64,000 bases of DNA from Hemiscyllium ocellatum (taxonomy: Eukaryota). Shown piece after piece: positions 24,011 to 35,800 of this stretch; position 1 is the stretch's first letter; the number at the start of each line of letters is the position of its first letter. The notes below the pieces were generated by a model. It had not been told where the DNA came from and searched no databases. It saw only the letters and a list, made by a program, of their open reading frames with translations. The translations under genes were made by a program, and so were the position numbers. The DNA lies in NCBI RefSeq assembly GCF_020745735.1, contig NC_083409.1:10095534-10159533 (forward strand), given 5' to 3'.

Positions 24011-25879
24011 CCTGCCTGTCATTGAATGGAACCAGCAGGAAAGGGCTGGACAATCAAGTGTCAGGGCCATCAACAAATGGGAATGGGACACACTACAGAT
24101 AATGCATTGAGACAGTCAATCACAAAGAGGTGACCAAACTGGAAATGAAATATTCATACACAGTTTGAATTTAATATCAGAAAGTGTGAGACCATGCACT
24201 TTGTTCAGAATAATCGAAAGGCTGACTATTATTTAAATAGTGAGAGATTCCAACAAAGCGCAGTACAGAGTGATCTGGGTCGTATTGTGCATGAAACACT
24301 GAAGGTTAGTGCATGTACTGTCAGTAATTGAGAAGGTGAATGGAATTTACACCTTTATTGCTGGGGATTGGAATTTAAAAGTAGAGAAATCTTGTTGAAA
24401 CTTTATAGGGTGTTGTGAGCCTGCATTTGAAGTATTGTGTGCAATTTTGGTCCCTGTATTTAAGAAAGGATGGACAGTCATTGGAGTCCTACTCCTGCTT
24501 CAATTTCTCATGTTCTTGTGTGCTCCAGTGTCCCTCCCTCACAGCACAACTGGTTTGTCCCCTGCCTGCAGTAGCAGCCTCCAGTCTCTGGGTGGTGCTG
24601 CCATACGATCTGACTTGCCCAGGCTGTCACAATTCCCACATCACAACAATGCCTGGACTTCGGAAGTATTGAATTGGCTGTAAAACATTTTCCAACATCC
24701 AAGCTCAAAAATGGCATCATAGAAATATAACTCTCTCTCCTTTTATGTTTTGTCTCCAAGCCTTCCCACCTGTCATCCAACAACATCGCACACTTGTGTA
24801 AAATCTTGAATGGATCATGAATCTCTGGGAGAACTTACTTTGTGACAACACTGGGTCTAATGACCACATCCTCAGTGGGCTTTGAGGGTGAAGGTCAATA
24901 GCAGTCTCACTGGCACTTGATCTGAATTGTCTCCAGTCAGTCAGTGCTTTTGTCTGGTCCAGACAGTACTGACCAACCTTAGATCCCTGTGATCTGATTG
25001 AGATGAATGGTGAGCTGTGCTGGAATTTCACACATGGCTCACACACATGGTGAAGCAGGGATTCCCCATTTCAGAAGAGTAAATGGAACGAACGAACTGT
25101 GTGGATGTGACATCCCCACCTGTCCCCAAGAGAGTGGGGACAGGAACAGTAAGATTCTCACACAGAAAGGATGTAAACATTTTAACCCAGAGAGGGAGAG
25201 GGGGTAGGAAAAGCAATGCTCCCTAAAGACAGGGGACAGTATCTGTCTGTTCCCCACTTTCTTGTTGTGTTGTGACCTTGGGAAATTGGTTTGGTTTATA
25301 TTTTCTCAGTTGTATTCAGGTTTGATAAAGCTTTGGGTCATCTTGTTTCGTAATGCCTTATCGGGCCCTTGGTGATTTTATTTTGTCCGATAACACTCCC
25401 ACAAAGTGTCTGATTTAAACAGGATTGTCCGGAAGTACCCATCAAGTTTAGTCAGCATTTGTGGGGAAAGATACAGATAACATTTCAGGGGCTGACGTTC
25501 TTTCAAACTCAATTTACTTTTTCTGAAAAGGGAAATGCTGTTTGAAGCTTTTAATTTTGTTCTGATCAGGACAGAATTGGAAGAATACCAAATCTCAAAG
25601 GCATATGTTGATTTTGTGGCAGGTCTTATTCCTTGCGTTCTGGTTTTCTTTGTTTTGTTTTTGCATGTGCCTTCACGTTTTTGATGTTGGACTGAGTCCT
25701 CTGTGAGATAATGCACCTTTCCAGAGGAAAGATTCCTCTGTGGGACAGCCTGGTCCTTTGTGGGTGGACTTGACCTTTGGAAAGACTGAACACTTGTGTA
25801 TGCTGGGAAGCGAGCATTTGCTGCTTCCTGGATTGGACCCTGGATTGGATGGGTCACGACTTCCTTGGGAAGAGTTCAT

Positions 25880-26430
25880 TCATTCATCAGCGCTGCTGGA
25901 GGCGGGGCCAGTGACGTCACGCCACCCACCGGGTCGTATTTGCTCACGTGATCACAGGGTCTTACGCCTCAACGTGGCGCCAATGAATCGCTGTATCTCG
26001 CTTGGTCCTTATTCGGTAAAAAAAAGTTGAACAGACTGAAGTGAAACCGATTATTCAAGTCGTACTTATATTTAAAATAGTAGTTTATCATAATTGGAGT
26101 GCGACCGATTCCGTTGCCTTGCACGAATTCCTCCTTTTCCCTCAGTGGGGGAGGGTATTCTCTGTGTCCGTGTATTGTTTGGGAGGTGGACCCGCCGATG
26201 CCGGCTCCGGGGTTGACCGGGACAGCGGGGGAATGACGTTTTAGAGAAAGCCGTGAGGTTACCCGCTACGGTGTCATTGCGCAGGCGCGGTACAATATGA
26301 CGCGGTGTCAATGCGCAGGCGTGGGATTATCGGCTTGGGTCGTGCGCAGGCGCGCCGCTGCCGGCCAATGTGTCGTTGCGCAGGCGCGGCATGACCGGCC
26401 ACGGTGCACGAGTCTTTGGATCGCGGGGAA
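25880..26430. promoter_or_regulatory. CpG-island promoter (GC box, CRE, E-box, CCAAT, four NRF1-type sites)
   Basis: CpG-dense in a CpG-poor window; GGCGGGGC 25901-25908, TGACGTCA 25912-25919, TCACGTGA 25944-25951, TGCGCAGGCGY at 26278, 26312, 26343 and 26377. Confidence 0.85.
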
Positions 26431-27277
26431 TTCAAAATGGAACGGCTCAGTGTCAGAGAGAACAGCCCAGTGAGGCTTGGAGCTCCTCTCAGAGTCAAAT
26501 CTAACACCAAGATTGTCCAGACTGGCTTCACCTACTGTTGTAATGGAGACTGGATTCAAAGCAATTACTTTAATCTTCAGTTGGAGGAAATCCCTGCTCA
26601 TCTGTGATTACGGAAAACAAAAATGTAGTGGATGTGTGTGTCCTGCTGGTGCAGCATTATTGTTCATACCGAGTTACCTTTGAGTAGGTGGCAGTGGGCT
26701 GTCTTGAACCACTGCAGTGTGTGAGCTGTAGGTAGATCCGCAGTGCCCTTGGGTGGAGTTCCTGGATTTTGAACCAGTGATAGTGAAAGAGTGTCAGTAT
26801 ATTTCTAAGTCAGGATGGTGAGTGGCTTGAAGGGGAATTTGCAGGTAGTAGTTTTCCCATATATCTGACTTTGTTCTTTTAGATGGAAGGTTTTAGTTTT
26901 GAAGGAGCTGTTCAATAACTGTCATAATTGAGGAGGGAATAAAGGCTAAGTTCATTGGCTTCTTTGGCTACAAACACATCCATAGAATTTGGACTAAATG
27001 ATAACAGCCCCTGAGCTGCCAGCTGGATACCAGAAGATTGTGTTTTAGGAGGATTGTGTGTTAGACGGAGATGTGTGTAGATTGAGACGGAGAAAAAACA
27101 ATTTACTTCAGTCGTCGTGTTAGATGTGGCTTGGATAAGAGTTATTTCAAAAATGTGGCAAATTACAAAATTGATTGGAAGGGTTTACATGTCGAATTTG
27201 GGAAAGATGAGCACCGATTTGAGGCAACAATGTATGTTATATGAAAATTAGCAGGCACTGGTGTTAAAGTACAGATT

Positions 27278-28790
27278 TGAGATGGCCCAAGGAATCCCTT
27301 GTGGCCTCAGACCTGTAAGCCTCTCTTGGTTTGTCCCGGCGATCGTACTGAGTCTGGAATAGCCTGGAATAAAAACATCTTACGGACAGTTTAATTTAAT
27401 TTTAGTCTTCCCCTTTATTTACCAATAACATCACTGTTACAACAGAACACATTATTAGCCAGACTAACTAAGATTCTAAAATCTTAGGAGATTAGCGACC
27501 AGCTCTGCCTTGAAGAACCCTAGCAGGTAACTCTGTCCTGTCACAAACAGGTTTCCTTTCTACAAAATTTTACAAAAACATTGCATTTGATTAGATTTAA
27601 GCACTTGGCGAGACAAGTCCTTACTATAAGGAGGTACCAGTCGAAACTAAGTGGGAGAAGTCGTAAGGTAACCTTGCATGTCAAGTATCGTTTTTTACAA
27701 AATGGCTTCTTAGCCAGAAAGGCAAACTTTGACCATTTAAAAAATGGCTTCCCCATAGATTGTGTCAGAATCTCTTCTATATTGGGTGAGAATAATTTTT
27801 AAACTATGAGCAGACTCTTGCTTTTTATCTTAAGCAAACAATCGTTCTGAACCTGAGGCTGAATTGTTACTGCAAAGTTGTATTTCAAATGATTCATTTG
27901 TCTTGAATTAGACCTTTTTTTTTTCTTTTCAGGGTTGTGGTTCAAATTCAAAGAGGACATAGATCTGACTCGTTAGAATTGATAGTGGGACAGTCATGGT
28001 CTGTAAGAACAGCAAGTAAGTTAAAAGCTTCGTCAGCATTACTTTTTACAGAATTTGCATTTCATAATCAGCGATTGTTACTCAAAATCATCATAAAAGT
28101 CCCAAAATGCAATTAAGTTCAAAACAAGGGTTATAGAGATAATACCGGAACAGGATAATGATTGTACATAATCAGCCATGGCCATAATAAATGATGGTGC
28201 TAGCTTGAATGACCTACTCCTGCACCTGTTTTCCATATTGAATCCACAACAAGTAAGCGTGCATTCAAACCAAACCACAGTTAATTTTCTATTGGTTTTT
28301 GGCAATCTCAGCATTAAAATGTTGTTCTCTCACTCTAGTGTCTTTTGAACACCCAGGTTAGGGATTGTAACAGAATAATGTTTTTCCCTTTCTGTCTGCT
28401 GAGCCTGCATGGGTAATAAGAATCCAGTATAATTAGTACGACCTGACCATTAATTACAAGGCTTTTGACATGCTTGCAGGATGACACCAAGTCAGAGATC
28501 AGAATTAAACACTGTCATTAATTTCACAAGTGAACACCCATGAACGTTATCACTCTGTGTCCTGTTTACACAGATTCATTGCCGTTAAGGTAATTGTTCT
28601 TAATTGCCTTGAAGCATCCTGTTACCACTTGGTGAGAACAGATGTTTTTATCTTCTGCACATCCTGGTTTCCCCCTTTTGCGGACTGGCGCGTCCCTGGC
28701 TGTCCTATTTATTTTCTACTGTGCAACAAATGTGTTCTATAATTCAACATTACATTTAGTCAAAATGTTTTAAGGCTATAAACTTTCTCA
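27278..28790 (-). mobile_element. Probable ERV 3' LTR (left boundary uncertain)
   Basis: Begins TGAGA immediately after a polypurine tract (- strand AAAGGAGGGAA, 28801-28791); candidate end TCTCA at 27282-27278; - strand AATAAA at 27419-27414, ~135 nt before that end. Confidence 0.5.
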
Positions 28791-28866
28791 TTCCCTCCTT
28801 TAGTCATTTCATGACAACTACATAAGTTATACAAGTATAATTAGTTCATTCAGTCTATTTGTATTC

Positions 28867-29279
28867 TCAATAATTTGAGTGCTTCCTCTTGCGAGTCATT
28901 GTCTGGAGGATCAGAGCGGAAAGATACTGGATTTCAGCGGAGACGTTCAGACGTGGAGCTACAGGGATAGACAAGGGTCGATTAACAAGATTCCACTTTA
29001 GCTTAGGCGAAAAGCAATGTACGGTCCATTCCATGCATAAGTGGATGACACTGAATATTCCCAGGATGAGACCGGGGCCTATCAGTACGTTCCACACAGC
29101 GACCAAAGCCAGCAAGTAATACTCCATCCATTTGGATCGGATGACGATGGTGTGGCAGGTGTCTTCCCTACATCTTGACCAGTTTTGTTGATAATATCTA
29201 AGTTGTCCAAAATGTCTTTAGAGAAATCATTGATGTAGATGCAACATTGTTGGCCAATAACAGAGCAAGCACCTCCTTC
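28867..29279 (-). pseudogene. Endogenous retrovirus env fragment (gamma-type TM subunit), frameshifted
   Basis: EGGACSVIGQQCCIYINDFSKDILDNLDIINK (CX6CC at 29267-29241), Trp-rich GWSITCWLWSL, then in a shifted frame WNVLIGPGLILGIFSVIHLCMEWTVHCF (membrane anchor) and a cytoplasmic tail to TGA at 28869-28867. Confidence 0.75.
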
Positions 29280-29749
29280 TGAAAGTGACCTGAATTTGGA
29301 AAGTTGAATCTCAGAACATTCAGCCTGAAATCATTCATTCCCCTAAATACATGACAGGTGGTAGATGAAGAGATTCTCCATACTTCTACGTGGAACCAGG
29401 AAAGACTTGAACAGCCTGTATCAATTTCCAAAAATGTGGTTAATCGTAACTCGCCATATTTCTTGCGGTTGAACAGTTTGAAGGATATTCGCTGGTTTCA
29501 TCATGATGTATCTGACCCTAAACTGTTCAAAAGCTGTATTCTTCTCACCCTCCACACTCCATGATATCAGCGGTGGGATCTCTCCCTTTGTGAGCCGAAT
29601 GAAATACTGATTACAACTAATGGATAAGTATGACATAAGTTTATTTTTAAAGCTCAGTAAGATGACTTGTGATACTTTGCAACTTTGTAAAGATGATTCT
29701 TTCGCCACCTTGATTAGGACAAAAAAAAATTTAAAAATTAAAACGGAGT

Positions 29750-30375
29750 ATGCTTTCCTTAATTGGTCAGAGTATTGAGTCCTGGAGTTGGGAGGTCTGG
29801 TGTGGCTGTACGTGGCATTGGTTAGGGCACTGTTGGAATGTTACATGCAATTCTGGTCTCCTTCCTTTCGGAAAGAGATTGTGAAACTTGAAAGGGTTCG
29901 GAAAAGATCGACAAGGATGTTGCCAGGGTTGGAGGTTTTCAGCTATAGGGAGATGTTGAGTTGGCCTGGGCTGTTTTTCCTGGAGTGTTGGAGGCTGGGG
30001 AGTGACCTTACAGAGGCTTATAAAATCACGAGGGGCATGGATAGGATAAATAGACAATGTTGTTTTCCCTGGGGTGGGGGAGTTCAGAACTAAAAGTTTA
30101 GGGTGAGAGGGTTAGGATGTAAAAGAGACCTAAGGGGCAACTTTTTCACGCAGAGGGTGGTATGTGTATGGAATGAGCTGCCAGAGGAAGTGGTGGAGGC
30201 TGGTACAATTGCAACATTTAAAAGGCATCTGGATGGGATGATAAATAGGAAGGGTTTGGAGGGATATGAGCCGGGTGCTGGCAAGTGGTACTAGATTGGG
30301 TTGGGATATCTTATCTGCATGGATGTGTCAGACTGAAGGGTCTGTTTCCATACTGTACATCTCTGACTCTATTTA
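29750..30375 (+). mobile_element. CR1 LINE 3' fragment
   Basis: LYVALVRALLECYMQFWSP..LERVRKRSTRMLPGL; FFTQRVVCVWNELPEEVVEA. Confidence 0.85.
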
Positions 30376-30700
30376 TCCTGATCCCTTAAGTGAATTTTGT
30401 ATTGAGTTTGAGTACTCACTCTAATATAAAATACACTGTTTGATGTTCTGGTTCTCACTCCATATGGAAACCTTGACTTTCATTACAAGGCTGAGAATAA
30501 ATTGGAAATGAATTCCAGCCTGTGTTGAACTCGTCAGACATATACTCTGAGAGATAAAAAGAAGGTTCTCGTTTGTTTCATGCTTTGATCACAGTTTATT
30601 AAAGCTTTGTATTGGTCATTAATGTTTTGAAATGAATTTCATCGTTTTTGTTACTGTTCTTCAGATTCTAGATTGACCAACAGCCTGTACTTTGTAACAG

Positions 30701-31286
30701 GGCAGCCCAGTGTTTGGCACAAGTGGGCAGGAAGATTTGGCCAAATGCCTGGCAGAGTTGAAATTGAGTCACGAGGCACTCGATGACCTGGTAGATGACC
30801 AAGATTGGTTTGATGAGGACTTTGGGCTGAGCTGTAGCAAAGTGCCGCAGCCAGTGCAGGTGGCCCAGTCTCCAAAAGGATGTGCCTCTGAAAATCCAAA
30901 GGGAACCTGACTTTGCTGTTGCTCCTGATGCTTTAGAGGTTGAGAAGATGGTTCATGCAGTGGCTGTGGTGCTGTGGAAGTTGCAGGAACTTGGCCATGA
31001 TCCAGCAGGTCTACAAAGACTCACAGACTGTCTTGAAAATAATAAATGGAAAGATGTAGAGAGTGAGTGTAGAAGTTTATCGTGAGGTGAGATTCAGCTT
31101 TTGAGTTTGAAAGCAATTATTTTTTTTCTCAGTTAAGCAAGAAAGGTATGGGTTAATAGTGCTCTACAGCAGCTCTGAGAGGGCAGATCTAATATAATCT
31201 TTTCTCTGTTACACTTTTACTTCTTCCAGCTTGTATTTAATGTGACAAGACAAATTTTTGCTGAGATGTTTTCTGAAGACCCCAGT
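30701..31286 (+). pseudogene. Two exon-like segments (30701-31062, 31230-31286) of an unidentified, frameshifted gene with weak Bcl-2-family resemblance
   Basis: AG|GGC acceptor at 30700, GTGAGT donor at 31063, ttcttccAG acceptor at 31228-31229, GTAAGC donor at 31287; peptides SPVFGTSGQEDLAKCLAEL, VAVVLWKLQELGHD, LQRLTDCLEN, LVFNVTRQIFAEMFSED; frame change near 30900. Confidence 0.35.
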
Positions 31287-31379
31287 GTAAGCTAAACCCC
31301 ATGGATGAAGCCAAGCTGAATTAACCCTGCTTTCTTCAAATGAGCGAGGAACTTACCATGAGCATGGGAGTCCTCCATT

Positions 31380-34300
31380 TCTGATTTTCAGCAGCAGCAG
31401 CAACTCGAAGGGTGAGAGCTTGTACCAGGGGCCTGCTGGGAGCAGTGAGTCACTGATTTGAGCTTTTAAATTTGAAGTCAGAGAGCAGAGGTTTCTGGGA
31501 AAGGAGGGACTTCTTATTTTTATTTCCATCCAGCTATATAATTCAGTGGTTTCTCAAGCCAAGACCCTCCCTTTGTAGGGCTTCCCACCAAACCACTTCC
31601 TCTAACATTAATATCTAGGGAGATATCAAGTAGCCATCACTTCGTTTTTTTACTTTGTGATAAGGGGACTAGCAGTGATGGCAGTGCAGGGAGAGCAATG
31701 TTCCTCGTGCATGATGTTTGAGGTGAGGGACGCCATTAGTGTCCCATCCAAGTACATCTGCACGTAGTGCACCCAACTCTCGCTCCGCCAAGACAGTGTT
31801 CGTGAACTGGTGCGGGAGATGGATGAACTTCAGATCATTCAGGAGGGAGCTGCTGTAATAGATAAGAGTTAGAGGGAAGTAGTTACTCCTAGGCATGAAG
31901 AAAGCTGGGTGACTGTTCAAAGGGGGAAAAACAGTCAGTGGAGCGATCTGTGGGCTGTGGTTGTTCACCTGAAAAACATGTGTACTGTTTTGGATACTGT
32001 TGAGGGGGAAGACTTACCAGGGATATGCAGTGAGGCCCAGGTCTCTGGCACAGAGCCTGTCCCTGTTGCACATGAGGGAAAGGAGGAGAGCGTTAGTCAT
32101 TGGGGATTCGATAGTTAGAGGCTCAGATAGAAGATTTGTAGGGAACGAACGAGACTTGTGGTTGGTGTGTTGCCTCCCAGGTGCCAGGGTCCATGAGGTC
32201 TCGGATCATATCTTTGGGGTCCTGAACGAAGAAGGTGACCAGCCTCAAGTCGTTGCCCGTGTAGGTTCCAACGACATAGGTAGAAAGAGGGATAGGGATA
32301 TAAGGCAGGATTTCAGGGAGCTAGGGTGGAAGCTGAGAGCGAGAACAAACAAAGTTGTTATCTCTGGGTTTGTTGCCCGGGCCACGTGATAGCGAGACAA
32401 GGAATAGGGAGAGATATCAGCTGTACACGTGTCTGCAAGGATGGTGCAGTAGGGAGGGTTTCAGGGACTTGGATAATTGGGACTCATTCTGGGGAAGGTG
32501 GGACTTGTACAAACAGGACGGTCTTCACTTGAACCAGAGGGGTACTAATATCCTGGGTGGGAAATTTTGCTGGTGCTATTCGGGTGGGTTTAAACTAGCT
32601 CAGCAGGGGATGGGAACCGGAGGTGTAGTTGCAGTGCACAGGAAGATGAGAGTAGGAAGGACAGGGACAGGATTTCGGGGTCGCAAGAATGTGCTGGCAG
32701 ACAGCGAAGTGATTTGAAGTGTGTCTATTTTAACGCCAGAAGTATCCGAAATAAGGTAGGTGAGTTTGCAGCATGGATAGGTACCTGGGACTTTGATGTT
32801 GTGGCCATTTTGGAGACATGGATAGAACAGGGTGAGGAATGGATGTTGCAGGTTCCAGGGTTTAGATCTTTCACTAAGAACAGGTAAGGCGGTAAAAGGG
32901 GGGGAGGCGTGGCCTTGTTAGTCAAGTATAATATAACGGTGGCTGAGAGAAATTTTGATGAGTACTCGTCTACTGAGGTCGTGTGGGCTGAGGTTAGAAA
33001 CAGGAGAGGAGAGGTCACACTGCTTGGAGATTTTTATAGGCCTCCGCAGAGTTCCATGGAGGTGGAAGAGAGGACTAGCAAAATTATTCTGGGTAGGAGT
33101 GAAAGGAACAGGGTGGTCATTGTGGGGAACTTTAACTTCCCCAATGTTGACTGGAAATGCTATAATTATAGTACATTGGATGGATCAGCTTTTGTCCGAT
33201 GTGTACAGGAGGCTTTCCTGACACAGTATGTTGAAGGGCCGACAAGAGTGGAGGCCAGATTGGACCTGGTGCTTGGGAATGAAACAGGTCAGGTGTTTGA
33301 TTTAGTGGTAGGTGTGCACTTTGGAGAGAGTGACCATAATTCAGTTATGTTTAGTTTAGCGATGGAAAGGGATAGGTACATGCCACAGGTCAAGAGTTAA
33401 CGACGGGGCAAGGGCAATTATATTGCGATTAGGCAGGAATTAGGATGCATAGAATGGGTAGCAAAATGCAGGGGATGCAGACAATGGAAATGTGGAGCTG
33501 GTTTAAGGAACAGATATTGCATGTCCTTGATAGGTATATCCCTGTCAGGCAGGGAGGAAGGGATAAAGTAAGGTAACCGTGGTTTACGACAGAAAGTGCA
33601 TCTCTTGTTACAAAGAAGAAGGAGGCTTATGTGTTGATGAGGCAAGATGGTTCAGATGAGGCGATGGAGAGTTACAGATCAGCAAGGAATGATTCAACGA
33701 GAGAGTTAAGAAGAGCAAAGAGAGGACACGAGCAGTCTTTAGCAAATTGAATAAAGGAGAACCCTAAAGCTTTCTATAGGTATGTGAGAAATCAAAGGAT
33801 GATTAGGGTGGGAATAGGACCAGCCAAAGACAGAAGGGGGAAGTTGTGTGGATCCTGTGGAGATCGGAGAGGTGCTAAATTAACATCTCTCATCAATTTT
33901 CACCCAGGAAAAGGAGAATATTGGAGAGGAGAAGAATAAGGTATGAGATACAGTAGCGCCACAACATATGAGCAAATTGGTTTACGAACAGTATTGTACA
34001 TAAAGTTTTGCTTCTACATACGCACAAAATTCAAGGTAAGAATGATGGTATGCACAGTTCGTCTTTGGCGCGTGCGCAGTTCGTCTTTGGAGCGTGCACT
34101 GTGAACATCGGAAAAATTGATTCGCGAACCGGGTGGCGGAACGGATTAAGTTCGTAAGTCGAGGCATTACTGTGTTAGACTTGAAAGGATCGAGGTTAGT
34201 TACGAACAGGTGTTATCAATTCTAGAACAGGCCCTTCAGTCTATAGTGAAAATAGACAAGATCCCTAGGCCGGATGGGATTTATCCGAAGATTATCTGGG

Positions 34301-35800
34301 AAGCTAGGGAAGAGATAGCAGAGCTTTTAGCTTTGATATGTGAGTCATCATTATCTCCAGGTTTGGTACCAGAGGACTGGAGGACTGCAAATGTTGTGCC
34401 CTTGTTCAAGAAGGGCAGTAGAGATGACCCAGGTAATTATAGACCAGTGAGCCTTACTTCTGTTGTAGGAAAGGTTAAGGAAAGGATTATAAGAGATAAG
34501 GTTTATAATCATCTAGCAAGCAGCACTTTGATTTCAGATCGTCAACGTGGTTTCATCAAGGGCAGGTTGTGTCTCACAAACCACAGTGAGGTTTTTGAGA
34601 AGGTGACCAAGCATGGAGATGAAGATAGGGCAGTTGACACCGTATACATCGACTTCAGTAAAGCCTTTGATAAAGTTCCGCACGGTGGGTTGTTGGAGAA
34701 AATGCAGAGGATGGAATTTAGGGTGATTTAGCAGTTTGGATAAGAAACTAGCTTTCTGAAAGAAGGCAGCGAGTGGTTGATGGAAAATATTCAGCCTGGA
34801 GTCCGGTTACTTGTGGTGTGCCACAAGGATCTGTTTTAGGACCACTGCTGTTTGTCATTTTTATAAGTGACTTAGACGCAGACTTAGGTGGATAGATTAG
34901 TAAATTTGCCGATGAAAGTAAATTTGGCGGAGTGGTAGACAGTGTGGAAGAATGTTACAGATTGCAGGGGGTCTTGAATACACTGCAAAATTGGGCTGAG
35001 AGGTGGCAACTGGAGTTCAATGCAGCTAAATGTGAGGCGATTCACTTTGGGAAGAATAACAGGAAGGCAAAGTATTCGGTCAATGGAAAGATTCTTGGTA
35101 CTGTGGATCTGCAGAGGCATTTTGGAGTCCATGTACATAGATCCTTGAAAGTTGCCATCCAGGTGGATAGTGCTGTTACGAAGGCATACGATGTTTTCAG
35201 TTTCATTCGTGGAGGGATTGAGTTTCAGAGCCGCAATATCATGCTGCAAATATACAAAATGCTGGTGTGGCCACACTTGGAGACCAGAACTGTTGACAAT
35301 ATTCCATATTTTGCGAAGGATGTGGAAGCATTGGAAAAGGTGCAGAGGAGATTTCCCAGGATGTTGCCTGGTCTGGAGGGAAGGTCTTATGTGGAAAGGT
35401 TGAGAGACTTGAACCTGTTCTCATTAGCAAGAAGAAGGCTAAGAGGGGATTTGATCGAGACATACAAGATGATCAGAGGATGAGATAGGGTAGACAGTGA
35501 GAGTCTTTTTCCTAGGATGATGACCTCAGTGTGTACGAGGGGGCATAACTACAAATTGAAGGGTCATAGATTTAAGACAGATGTCAGAGGCAGGTTCTTT
35601 ACGCAGAGAGTGGTAAGGGCGTGGAATGCCCTACCTGCTAATGTAGTCAACTCAGCCACATGTGGGAGGTTTAAACAATTCTTAGATAAGCACATGGGTG
35701 ATTTTGGGATTGTGTAGGGGGACGAGCTGAGAATAGCTCACAGGTCGGCCAACGTCGAGGGCTGAAGGGCCTGTTCTGCACTGTATTGTTCTATGTTCTA
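31380..35800 (+). mobile_element. Near full-length degenerate CR1 LINE (ORF1 Cys motif and esterase, APE, RT, 3' UTR)
   Basis: ALVIGDSIVRGSDRRF..VCCLPGARV (32000-32389), VIVGNFNFPNVDW..LDLVLGN..SDH (32909-33400), GNYRPVSLTSVVGK..YIDFSKAFDKVPH (34210-34731), KFAD-like motif near 34900, 3' (ctatgtt)n tail. Confidence 0.92.
33951..34172. mobile_element. Tigger/pogo-like MITE inserted in the CR1
   Basis: Imperfect TIRs CAGTAGCGCCACAACATATGAGC versus rc CAGTAATGCCTCGACTTACGAAC (16/23); TA on the left, TG on the right; interrupts CR1 ORF2. Confidence 0.75.
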
